From assembly GCA_026387935.1 (NCBI GenBank), contig JAPLKU010000022.1:520-64519 (forward strand): DNA of 64,000 bases, read 5' to 3'. Every line of letters starts with the position of its first letter. The first letter of the stretch is position 1. Under the pieces are notes generated by a model. It was not told where the DNA came from. It ran no database searches and was given only the letters and a program-made list of their open reading frames with translations. Positions 55,280-64,000 of the stretch are shown one piece after another. The position numbers and the translations under genes were made by a program. The stretch is from Gemmatimonadota bacterium (GTDB lineage: Bacteria > Gemmatimonadota > Gemmatimonadetes > Gemmatimonadales > Gemmatimonadaceae).

Positions 55280-55924
55280 TCAATCCACCGGCCGCGTCGC
55301 GCGAGGCACGACCCCCACCTCGCGCGCCTTTTTTTTGAACGCTGCGCCGTGGTCCAGCGGAAGCCCGGCCTCGTCCTGCCACTGGTGTACCATCTCGTGT
55401 AGCAGTGTGTGCAGCGCCTCTCGCACACCGTCGCGACGCAGGTGCCGTACAGAAATCGCGATCTCCGCGCCAATCCCGCGGCGTCCGGGCGCATAGTGCC
55501 CAAGCCTCGCCTTCATTCGGCGTGAGACGCGTATTACCGGCGTGCCAAGCACTCCGCCGAATCGCTCGGCGTTGAACCGCGCGTGGCATTCGACGAGTCG
55601 CGCCACGATCGGTGTGTCTTCAGGGTGCGTGCGCTCAACACGAGCCGGCCGGTCATCGTGCTGAATCTGCGCCGCCCACGTGGTAATCGCGCTGCGCGCG
55701 GCCGTTCGAGAGCCTCCACTCCGCATCACGAAGTCCACGACGGCCTGCTGCACCTCGATGGGCGCATCGCGATAGCCCCGGTGCACACGAAGTGTCCGGC
55801 CCCGAATACTGACCATCGTCCGCCGGTTCCGGGTGAGCTTCAGCTCGTCAACCCGGCTCAGCCCGAGCGCGCGATATCGCGCAAGCAGTACGGCGGAATC
55901 GTCATGTAGTGCAGTGGCGCTCAT
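55280..55924 (-). CDS. SprT-like zinc metalloprotease domain protein
   Basis: The start is ATG 55924. The HExxH motif occurs in the context LLHEMVHQWQDE. Confidence 0.7.
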   Translation of the reverse strand: MSATALHDDSAVLLARYRALGLSRVDELKLTRNRRTMVSIRGRTLRVHRGYRDAPIEVQQAVVDFVMRSGGSRTAARSAITTWAAQIQHDDRPARVERTHPEDTPIVARLVECHARFNAERFGGVLGTPVIRVSRRMKARLGHYAPGRRGIGAEIAISVRHLRRDGVREALHTLLHEMVHQWQDEAGLPLDHGAAFKKKAREVGVVPRATRPVD

Positions 55925-55941
55925 CCCGTTGCGATCGCCCC

Positions 55942-56787
55942 CTACACCTGGTGTTTCGTCTCGGCCGTCCGTGCCCACTTGGACACGCGTGCGCGGGTGA
56001 ACTCGCGTGCCGACGCGCTCCACTCGTGCAACGTGACGGACAGAATCGCACCGTCATACTCGATCAAGTTCCACGACCCCGGGCGCCCGCCGCGCGTGCG
56101 GTCCGTCAGTGTACCAGCGGTGGAGACCACAAACCGGCGCCGCGCCGACTGCACTTCCTCGACGCGCTCTTCGTGGTCGTGCCCACAGCAGACGATATCG
56201 GCGCCGGTGTGCGATGCGTCCACGATCCCGAACGCTCGACTCGCGAGCCCCCACCGCTTGGAGAGATTTCCGCGCAGCACGTTGTGGTGGAGCACCAACA
56301 CCTTCAGGTCAGTCGGCGGCGCGAGCGAAAAGGCCATGCGGGCCCGTTCCCATTGCCGGCCACGAACGGCGCCGACAACGGAGAGGTCGCGCGGCCGCGT
56401 CGTCAGCGTATAGGGCTGGATGCCGTGCGCCGAGTTGAGGCCGACAATCGTCGCGCCGGGCACGCTCACGCGTGGCTCGAGGTCGGAGCGGACGTACTCG
56501 CGGTAGCGCGAAAACATCGCGTACCTGTGCCCGGCGCCGAGGAACGACGTCCACCAGGCGCAATCATGATTTCCAGGAACCACCACGGTTGGCGCGCGTT
56601 CTTCGCAGCGGCGGACGAAGGCGCCGGCACGCTCGAACTCCTTGCGCCGAGTGCGTTGCGACAGATCGCCCGAGATGACAATTGCGTCGAACGGTACGCT
56701 CGCGATGTACGCTTCCAGCGCCGCCACCTGCTCCGGGACGCTGTGGCGCCCGAAGTGCAGGTCCGACGCGTGGAGAATGCGCGTCAT
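55942..56787 (-). CDS. calcineurin-like metallophosphoesterase
   Basis: The start is ATG 56787 (MTRILHASDLHFG). The motifs SGDL, GNHD and GHDH occur in order. Confidence 0.75.
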   Translation of the reverse strand: MTRILHASDLHFGRHSVPEQVAALEAYIASVPFDAIVISGDLSQRTRRKEFERAGAFVRRCEERAPTVVVPGNHDCAWWTSFLGAGHRYAMFSRYREYVRSDLEPRVSVPGATIVGLNSAHGIQPYTLTTRPRDLSVVGAVRGRQWERARMAFSLAPPTDLKVLVLHHNVLRGNLSKRWGLASRAFGIVDASHTGADIVCCGHDHEERVEEVQSARRRFVVSTAGTLTDRTRGGRPGSWNLIEYDGAILSVTLHEWSASAREFTRARVSKWARTAETKHQV

Positions 56788-56800
56788 CGCGAGAACACCA

Positions 56801-57814
56801 TCACAGGTGGGCGATGACCGCGTCGGTGAACTGGGCGGTGCTCGCTGTGCCGCCCACATCGCCAGTGATCGCCTTCTGCTCGCGCAGTACGGTCTCGATC
56901 GCATTCTGAATTCGCGTCGCCAGTGCACCCTGTCCAGCGTGATCGAGCATCTGACAGGCCGCCAGCATCACTGCCGTCGGATTCGCGATCCCCTTCCCTG
57001 CGATATCAGGCGCCGTTCCATGGACGGCTTCAAAAATCGCGGCGTCCTTGCCGATATTCGCGCCCGGCGTGAGCCCGAGTCCGCCAACGAGCCCCGACGT
57101 GAGGTCCGACAGAATGTCGCCGAACAGATTCGTTGTCACGATCACATCGTAGCGCTCGGGCTTTGACACGAGCTCCATCGCGCAGGCGTCCACGATCCGT
57201 TCCTCGACGGCCACTTTGCCCGTGTATTCCTTCGCGATTTCGCGGCCGACATCGAGAAAGAGTCCCTGTGAATACTTGAGAATATTGGCCTTGTGCACGA
57301 GCGTCACCTTTTTGCGCCCCAGTCGCACCGCCAGATCAAACGCGTACCGATGAATGCGCTCGGCGCCGTACCGCGTGACCACGGCAATCGACTGGGCGGC
57401 CGCACGCTCATCGGTACCAATCTTGATGTAGTTCTCGATGCCGATGTACAGCCCTTCCGTATTCTCGCGAACAAGAATGATGTCCACATCCTTGAACCGA
57501 AGATTCGGCAGCACCGTCTTGGCAGGGCGCACATTCGCGTAGAGATCAAACTCTTTCCGCAGCGCCACGTTGATCGAGCGGAACCCCTTCCCCGACGGGG
57601 TCTCGAGCGGGCCCTTCAGCGCCAGCTTCGTTCGCTTGATGGACGCGATGGTCTGATCCGGCATCGGGTCGTTGTGTGCCGCGACGGCGGCCATACCGGC
57701 CAGCTGACGGTCCCAGGTGATATCGGCGCCGCTCGCGGCGATGAGGCGAACAGTGGCGTCGGTGACTTCGGGGCCGATTCCATCACCGGGAATCAGCGTT
57801 GCGTGAATCGTCAT
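56801..57814 (-). CDS. isocitrate/isopropylmalate dehydrogenase family enzyme (likely NAD-dependent isocitrate dehydrogenase)
   Basis: It has [21 protein letters not shown], and is 337 aa long. Confidence 0.8.
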   Translation of the reverse strand: MTIHATLIPGDGIGPEVTDATVRLIAASGADITWDRQLAGMAAVAAHNDPMPDQTIASIKRTKLALKGPLETPSGKGFRSINVALRKEFDLYANVRPAKTVLPNLRFKDVDIILVRENTEGLYIGIENYIKIGTDERAAAQSIAVVTRYGAERIHRYAFDLAVRLGRKKVTLVHKANILKYSQGLFLDVGREIAKEYTGKVAVEERIVDACAMELVSKPERYDVIVTTNLFGDILSDLTSGLVGGLGLTPGANIGKDAAIFEAVHGTAPDIAGKGIANPTAVMLAACQMLDHAGQGALATRIQNAIETVLREQKAITGDVGGTASTAQFTDAVIAHL

Positions 57815-57855
57815 GAATCGAATAAGGGTTGAACTTGAAAACCACTGGCAGGGGC

Positions 57856-58518
57856 CTAGCGGGGCGAGATGAGGTCGGCGACCCGCGCCGCGAGTGCGCC
57901 GATTTCGGCCGCGGAGAACGTGGTGCCAGCGTCACCAATCACGTCACTGAACCAGACAATCGACCCGGCGCGACCGTCAACGAGGACTACGCTCAGTATC
58001 GGATGCGTTGCGCCGGCCTTCCGTCCGAACCAGAGGTCCACGGGAATGAGTGCGTACCGCGCATCTCCCAGCGCGATCACCGAGCGCAGGTTGTTGACAA
58101 CACCGCTTGGCGCCGGATCGCCGGGTTTTTTCTGCGGATTGCGAAATCCTGCCGCGCCGAGCGAGTACGGGTCGCTGGCATAATCCGAGTTGCGCTTAGC
58201 CAGGCGGGCGATATCGGCCGCGTACGCCCACTTCTTCCCGATACCGCGCGCCGCAATTGCTCCGCCGATCGAGTCGTCGAGTGCAATTCGGAGCGCCGCC
58301 CAGTCAGCCGACTTCACCAGCGAAAGGCTGTCTCCCCGGAGAAACTGGACCGGCATGACCGCCAGCTTCTGCGAGGCAAACCCACCGAGCGGCGGCTCAC
58401 CAGGCAGTGGCACAGCAATCTGGCCGGGTCGGGCCTGGCCCGAAACGGCCGCCAGTGGTAGGGCGGGCAAAACAAGCGCCGCTGCGCAGACCAGGCGACG
58501 AAATGATAGGCTAGGCAC
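57856..58518 (-). CDS. hypothetical secreted protein
   Basis: The start is GTG 58518, with signal peptide ..LPLAAVSG|QA. I recognise no family. Confidence 0.45.
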   Translation of the reverse strand: MPSLSFRRLVCAAALVLPALPLAAVSGQARPGQIAVPLPGEPPLGGFASQKLAVMPVQFLRGDSLSLVKSADWAALRIALDDSIGGAIAARGIGKKWAYAADIARLAKRNSDYASDPYSLGAAGFRNPQKKPGDPAPSGVVNNLRSVIALGDARYALIPVDLWFGRKAGATHPILSVVLVDGRAGSIVWFSDVIGDAGTTFSAAEIGALAARVADLISPR

Positions 58519-58597
58519 ACCCGAAAGCTAATCGGCCAAGACGGCCAATACGCCCTGCTGGTTGCGACGACCCCGGCTTGGCGGGCATTTTCTTCGG

Positions 58598-60670
58598 ATG
58601 CCCATTCTCAAGAAGCTCATCTGGGTCCTCATCGCCGTCGTCGGCGCTTCGGCCCTTGGCTACATCGCAGTCCAGCACGGCGAGACGATCAACGCGGGTT
58701 GGCTGCTCACCGCCGCCATCTGCATGTATCTCGTCGCCTACCGATTCTACAGCAAGATCATTGCGGCGAAGATTTTCGCGCTTGATCCGGCGCGAGCAAC
58801 GCCTGCCGAGCGACTCTCGGACGGTCGTGATTTCGTGCCGACAAATCGGTGGATCGTCTTCGGACACCATTTCGCAGCGATTGCCGGCCCTGGTCCGCTC
58901 ATCGGACCAACGCTCGCGGCCCAGTTTGGCTACCTGCCGGGCTTCCTCTGGATAATTGTTGGCGTCGCACTTGGCGGCGCCGTACAGGACTGCCTCATCC
59001 TTTGCGCTTCGGTGCGCCGCGACGGCAAATCGCTCGGCCAGATGGCGAAGGATGAGATCGGCACGGTGGCGGGATACACCGCACTGGTGGCGACCTTCGG
59101 CATCATGATCATCCTGATCGCCGTACTGGCGCTGATCGTGACCAACGCCCTTCGGTCAAGCCCCTGGGGCACCGTGACGCTCGCCCTGACGATTCCCATC
59201 GCGATGATCATGGGATTGTTCATGCGCTACGTGCGGCCGCACCGCGTGCTCGAAGCCACAGCGCTTGGGCTCGTGATGCTCGTTTTCGCGCTCTTTGCCG
59301 GCAAATGGGTTGCCGAGAATCCGACGCTCGCGCCGATTTTTACGCTGAGCGGCACGCAGTTAGCCGTGTGGATCATGATCTATGGATTCGCGGCGTCGGT
59401 GTTGCCGGTGTGGCTGCTCCTCGCCCCACGCGACTACCTCTCGGCGTTCGTGAAGATTGGCGTTGTGGCGGCGCTCGGCGTTGGCATTTTCATCATGCTG
59501 CCGTCGCTCAAGATGCCGGCCACGACGAGTTTCTTCTCGTCAGGCAACGGGCCGGTGTTTGCCGGCAAGGTGTTCCCGTTTGTGTTCATTACGATTGCCT
59601 GCGGCGCGATTTCAGGATTCCACGCGCTGGTCAGCTCGGGCACGACGCCGAAGCTGTTGGCGAATGAGGCCGACGCGCGATTCATCGGCTACGGCGGCAT
59701 GCTCACTGAATCGCTCGTCGCAGTTATGGCCTTGATCGCGGCCTGCATTCTGGACCCGGGCGCCTACTTCGCCATCAACGCACCGGCTGGCCTGATTGGC
59801 ACGACCGTCGAAAGCGCCTCGGCGGCGGTGGCCAACTGGGGATTCGTCATCACGCCGGACAAGTTGACGGCGCTCGCCGCGAGTGTGCAGGAGAGTTCGC
59901 TACTGTCGCGCACGGGTGGCGCACCGTCGCTCGCCGTTGGAATGGCCAACATTTTTGCCAGCGTATTCGGCGGCGGCGCAGCGATGGCCATCTGGTATCA
60001 CTTCGCGATCATGTTCGAGGCCCTGTTCATCCTCACCACGCTCGACGCCGGCACGCGCGTCGGGCGTTTCATGCTGCAGGACATGGGCAGCCACGTCTGG
60101 AAGCCGTTCGGCCGCGTTTCATGGCAACCGGCTTCGATCAGCGCGAGCGCCATTGTCGTGCTGTCGTGGGGCTACTTCCTCTATCAGGGCGTGACCGATC
60201 CACTTGGTGGCGTCAACACGTTGTGGCCGCTCTTTGGCATCTCGAACCAGCTACTCGCCGCCATCGCGCTCTGCGTCGGCACGACGGTGATCATCAAGAT
60301 GGGCAAGAAACAGTACGCGTTCATCACGTTGATTCCGCTCACCTGGCTGACGATCGTGACGATGACGGCCGGCTACCAGAAGATTTTTGCGGCTGATCCG
60401 AAGCTTGGATTCCTGGCTCATGCGCGCTGGATTGAGAGCTTTGTGGCGGCCGGCAACCTTCCGCCTGGCGTGAAGAGCGTTGGCGACACCGGGCGCATGC
60501 TGTTCAACGACCGGCTCGATGCGGGAGTGGCAGGATTTTTCATGGTCGCGGTGATTGTGATTCTTACGGCGTCCATTCGTGAGTGGCTTGCTGTGATCAA
60601 TGGCAAGAAGGCGGCCGTGAGCAGTGAAGTGCCGTTCACGCCGCGCGCTGGGCTGGCGCCGAACTCGTAG
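58598..60670 (+). CDS. cstA: carbon starvation protein A (peptide/pyruvate transporter family)
   Basis: The start is ATG 58598. It has the CstA N-terminal signature YLVAYRFYSKIIAAKIFALD...RDFVPTNRWIVFGHHFAAIAGPGPLIGP and is polytopic. Confidence 0.9.
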   Translation: MPILKKLIWVLIAVVGASALGYIAVQHGETINAGWLLTAAICMYLVAYRFYSKIIAAKIFALDPARATPAERLSDGRDFVPTNRWIVFGHHFAAIAGPGPLIGPTLAAQFGYLPGFLWIIVGVALGGAVQDCLILCASVRRDGKSLGQMAKDEIGTVAGYTALVATFGIMIILIAVLALIVTNALRSSPWGTVTLALTIPIAMIMGLFMRYVRPHRVLEATALGLVMLVFALFAGKWVAENPTLAPIFTLSGTQLAVWIMIYGFAASVLPVWLLLAPRDYLSAFVKIGVVAALGVGIFIMLPSLKMPATTSFFSSGNGPVFAGKVFPFVFITIACGAISGFHALVSSGTTPKLLANEADARFIGYGGMLTESLVAVMALIAACILDPGAYFAINAPAGLIGTTVESASAAVANWGFVITPDKLTALAASVQESSLLSRTGGAPSLAVGMANIFASVFGGGAAMAIWYHFAIMFEALFILTTLDAGTRVGRFMLQDMGSHVWKPFGRVSWQPASISASAIVVLSWGYFLYQGVTDPLGGVNTLWPLFGISNQLLAAIALCVGTTVIIKMGKKQYAFITLIPLTWLTIVTMTAGYQKIFAADPKLGFLAHARWIESFVAAGNLPPGVKSVGDTGRMLFNDRLDAGVAGFFMVAVIVILTASIREWLAVINGKKAAVSSEVPFTPRAGLAPNS

Positions 60671-60701
60671 GACGACAAACTTTTCTCTACTTCTCACGCA
60701 A

Positions 60702-63164
60702 ATGCATCGCACCCGAATCGTCGTGCTCACCGTCGCGGGCGGCCTGCTCGCCGCAGCGCCGGATACGGCAATCGCTCAGGGCGCAAAGCCCGCTGCCGCG
60801 AAGTTCGAGATGACCATCCCGAACATCATGCGTGGCCCGGAGCACTATGGGCGTGAGCCGCAGCAGGTGCGCTGGTCGCCAGACGGGCAGTGGATCTACT
60901 TCCAGTGGCTGCCACCATCGACGGATTGGCGCGACACGCCAAAGCCGTATCGCGTGCGCGCCCAGGCCGGCGCCAAGCCAGAGCTTGTGAGCGCTGAAGA
61001 GATGGATCGCATGACGCCGCTCGTGGCGAATGGCGTCATGTCGCCAGATCGCTCCAAGAAGCTCACCGAAGCGCGCGGCGAGCTCTGGCTCGTGGATATG
61101 CGCACGTCGACGGTGCGCCGGCTCACGGAGACGGTCGCCAACGAAGGCGGCGGCCGATTCTCCAGCGATGGCCAGCGCGTGATTTTCACGCGCGACGGCA
61201 ATGCGTTCTCCGTCGAACTCTCGACCGGCGCGGTGAAACAGCTCACAGACATCCGCACGCCAGGTGATGCCGCAGCGGCTGCTCCGGTGGCAGGCGCTGG
61301 CGGTGGTGGTCGTGGCGGCGGGCGTGGTGCTGCTCCGCCGCCGGTGGCGCAGGGCGCAGGCCGAGGCGGTCGCGGTGGCAACGCCCAGCGCACCACGCTC
61401 GAAGCGGAGCAACTCAAGCTATTCGAGGTCATTCGCGACCAGGCCCGCGCCGATTCCATCCGTCGCGGCGACGTGCGCGAAGATCCGTCGCTCCCGCGCA
61501 CCGTGAATCTCAATGCAGGCGAGCGGGTGCAGCAAATCACCGTCAGCCCCAACAGCGGCTCGGTGATTTTCACGACGACGACCGCCGCAGCTGACCAGCG
61601 CGCGACGATCGTTCCGAACTACGTCACTTCGAGCGGATTCACGGAAGACATTCCGAGCCGCACCTTCGTCGGCGACCTGCTGCCGGCCGGCCGCATCGGA
61701 TTCCAAGCGCTGCCGCGGGGCAACGTCGTCTGGATTGCACCGATCGACGGCGAGACCAATCCGCCCGCGAACCAGAACATCGTCGCATGGAATGAATCGG
61801 GCTCCGCAGCGATCATCACCGCCACGACACGCAGCTGGAAGCGCCGCCAGATGTCAGTCGTTGACGGCAAGACCGGCGCGATCAAGGCCTTCGAAGTACT
61901 CAACGACACCGCCTGGGTCGGCGGACCATGCCAGGGCTGCGCCGGCTGGTACGACAACGACCGTCGGATTTACTGGACCAGCGAGACGAATGGCTGGGCG
62001 CAGATTCACTCCGCCGCGGCCGACGGCTCCGATCGCAAGGAAGTCACCGCGCTCGGCAAGTGGGAGGTGTACGACGTCGCCCTCACCGCCGACAGACAGT
62101 CGTTCCTCTACCATTCGAGTGAAGTCTCGCCGTACGACCGCGACCTCTGGACCGTTCCGGTTGCCGGCGGCGCGCGTACCAAGCTCACGAACGCAAAGGG
62201 CGGCCATCAGGTGGTGCTCTCGCCCGACGAAAAGCAGATGGCCGATGTCTGGTCGACGAACGTGCATCCGCCCGAGATTTACCTCTCCACGAAGGGTGCC
62301 TCTGCTGCGCCCGCGCAGCTGACGCTAAGCCCAAGCCCGGAGTTCATCGCGGGCCCGTGGAAGGAAATGGATGTGGTGTATATCCCCGCAAGCGACGGCG
62401 TGCCGGTGCCGGCGCACGTGTACAAGCCGCAGGACTTCGGCGCGAAGCCGAACGGCGCCGCCGTCATCTGGGTGCATGGCGCCGGCTACGCGCACGAAGT
62501 GCACCACTATTGGAAGGGCGGCTACGCGCGCGAGTACATGTTCAACACCTTCCTCGCGCAGAAGGGCTACACGGTGCTCGACATCGACTACCGTGCGAGC
62601 GCTGGCTACGGGCGCGATTGGCGCACCGCCATCTATCGCTACATGGGTGGCCGCGACCTCGGCGACCAGGTGGACGGCTCGAAGTACCTCACGAAGAACT
62701 TCGGCATCGACCCCGAGCGCATCGGGATGTACGGTGGCAGCTACGGCGGATTCATGACGCTGATGGCACTGTTCACGCAGCCGAAGTATTTCGGCGCCGG
62801 CGCTGCGCTCCGCAGCGTGACCGACTGGGCGCACTACAACCACCAGTACACGAGTCAGATTCTCAACCAGCCGCAGGACGACACGCTGGCGTATCATCGC
62901 TCGTCGCCGATCTTCCTGGCCGAGGGCCTCGAGGATCCGCTCGTGATGCTGCACGGTATGGTGGACACGAACGTGCACTTCCAGGACATCGTGCGGCTCA
63001 CGCAGCGCCTGATTGAACTGGGCAAGACCAACTGGTCGCTCGCACCGTATCCGGTGGAAGACCATGGCTTTACGAGACCGAGCAGCTGGGCGGATGAGTA
63101 TCGCCGGATCTTCGAGCTGTACGAGACGACGATCGGCCCGAAGGGGAGCAAGGCGAAGCAGTGA
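60702..63164 (+). CDS. secreted S9 family serine peptidase with an N-terminal propeller
   Basis: The start is ATG 60702, with signal peptide ..DTAIA|QG. The nucleophile motif is GGSYGGF, with a C-terminal HG...D..V acid/His region and a Gly/Arg-rich insertion. Confidence 0.85.
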   Translation: MHRTRIVVLTVAGGLLAAAPDTAIAQGAKPAAAKFEMTIPNIMRGPEHYGREPQQVRWSPDGQWIYFQWLPPSTDWRDTPKPYRVRAQAGAKPELVSAEEMDRMTPLVANGVMSPDRSKKLTEARGELWLVDMRTSTVRRLTETVANEGGGRFSSDGQRVIFTRDGNAFSVELSTGAVKQLTDIRTPGDAAAAAPVAGAGGGGRGGGRGAAPPPVAQGAGRGGRGGNAQRTTLEAEQLKLFEVIRDQARADSIRRGDVREDPSLPRTVNLNAGERVQQITVSPNSGSVIFTTTTAAADQRATIVPNYVTSSGFTEDIPSRTFVGDLLPAGRIGFQALPRGNVVWIAPIDGETNPPANQNIVAWNESGSAAIITATTRSWKRRQMSVVDGKTGAIKAFEVLNDTAWVGGPCQGCAGWYDNDRRIYWTSETNGWAQIHSAAADGSDRKEVTALGKWEVYDVALTADRQSFLYHSSEVSPYDRDLWTVPVAGGARTKLTNAKGGHQVVLSPDEKQMADVWSTNVHPPEIYLSTKGASAAPAQLTLSPSPEFIAGPWKEMDVVYIPASDGVPVPAHVYKPQDFGAKPNGAAVIWVHGAGYAHEVHHYWKGGYAREYMFNTFLAQKGYTVLDIDYRASAGYGRDWRTAIYRYMGGRDLGDQVDGSKYLTKNFGIDPERIGMYGGSYGGFMTLMALFTQPKYFGAGAALRSVTDWAHYNHQYTSQILNQPQDDTLAYHRSSPIFLAEGLEDPLVMLHGMVDTNVHFQDIVRLTQRLIELGKTNWSLAPYPVEDHGFTRPSSWADEYRRIFELYETTIGPKGSKAKQ

Positions 63165-63418
63165 GCACGATGAGTTCAGCGACGCGCGATGCGAACCCGA
63201 CCACCCCTGCCGCCGATAAGGCGGCGGGCGGTCGCAGAACAAACACCCTTACGCGCGCGCTGGCCATTGTGCGGCGCATTGTCGGTGTCCCCGACTACGA
63301 GGGATACCGCAAGCACATGGCGGTCTGCCACCCCGATCAGCCGCTGCTCACGGAAAATGAATTCGCGGAAGAGCAGATGACGGCGAAGTACTCGCGGCCG
63401 GGGCAGCGCTGCTGCTAG
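63161..63418 (+). CDS. ybdD: YbdD/YjiX-family small protein (DUF466)
   Basis: GTG 63161 overlaps the peptidase stop; ATG 63170 is an alternative start. The family signature is GVPDYEGYRKHMAVCHPDQPLLTENEF...RCC. Confidence 0.8.
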   Translation: MSTMSSATRDANPTTPAADKAAGGRRTNTLTRALAIVRRIVGVPDYEGYRKHMAVCHPDQPLLTENEFAEEQMTAKYSRPGQRCC

Positions 63419-63431
63419 GCGCCGTATCTGG

Positions 63432-63695
63432 TTACTTCAGCCAGAAGATCGCGGTTCCGCACTGCGCGCCCTTGGTGCCTGTCCCCGTAACATTGAATCT
63501 CAAAGGCGTCGTCGCGACGGTGTAGTACTCGACGCCAATGATCTCGCTCGCGCTGACACTATTGCGATCGAAGCGTTGATTCACGATGCCATTTACGATG
63601 ATTTGAGGTTCGCAGAGTTTGCCATTCCGCGTGCTCACGAGAATCTCGTACGGCCCTCGCTGCACCGCGCGAATACCGGGAATCTGACCAGGCAA
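63432..63695 (-). CDS. orphan 87-aa ORF resembling the C-terminal end of plug/carboxypeptidase-regulatory-type outer-membrane proteins (possible gene remnant)
   Basis: It has a TTG start just after an in-frame stop. The segments IVNG....SASEIIGVEYY....CGTAIFWLK resemble a TonB-plug-like module. G+C is visibly lower than in the surroundings. Confidence 0.3.
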   Translation of the reverse strand: MPGQIPGIRAVQRGPYEILVSTRNGKLCEPQIIVNGIVNQRFDRNSVSASEIIGVEYYTVATTPLRFNVTGTGTKGAQCGTAIFWLK

Positions 63696-64000
63696 GAGGG
63701 CCGCGACTCACTCGAGCGGCGCGCCGACGCTGGTCAGTTCAGGACCAGGTATTAGGTTTAAAAATGTTTCACAGAATAGCCGGAACGCTTTGTGCCGCTT
63801 TGCTGCTCCATGCCACCTTGGCCAGCGTGGCAGTCGCCTGCGCAGCGGCCATGCATGGATCGGCTAGCAGCGCACCCGGCGGCGAGGCACATCAGCATGG
63901 AGCCGCCCATTCCGCCATTCCGCGCAGCGCGGGAGCGCAGGGATGCCGTCCGAGATGGCGCACAACACGTCGCCGGCGTCGAGTGACGCCCCCTGCGACG

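Overview
Very GC-rich, densely packed bacterial chromosomal segment of about 55 genes, many linked by 1-4 nt stop/start overlaps. I found no rRNA, tRNA, CRISPR array, IS element or prophage. The protein repertoire suggests a soil bacterium of Gemmatimonadota or Acidobacteriota type, but this cannot be confirmed without a database search. Content is mostly housekeeping: trpE, maf, dtd, glmS, a phosphohexomutase, purD, mutM, guaB, gpmI, argJ, queD, mobA/moeA, dacB and an icd-like gene. There is also a UbiE/UbiD/UbiA/UbiX quinone late-step cluster, an ECF sigma/anti-sigma module, and etfBA with a membrane Fe-S oxidoreductase next to gcdH. Interleaved with these is a scavenging set: four very large secreted beta-propeller hydrolases, CstA and an amino-acid permease. 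The main non-genic signals are: (1) a roughly 200-bp structured repeat family bounded by inverted repeats, with three copies, each between convergent genes; (2) period-7 tandem arrays with a CGG core at four intergenic sites; (3) Gln at the predicted +1 position of all nine predicted type I signal peptides; (4) Arg/Gly-rich loops found only in the four giant secreted enzymes. Smaller oddities include an FHA::cyclase-tail chimera, an in-frame amber codon, a collapsed Ser/Thr kinase remnant with an intact terminator, and a cstA-peptidase-ybdD operon. All functional calls rest on motif recognition by eye; no homology search was run.
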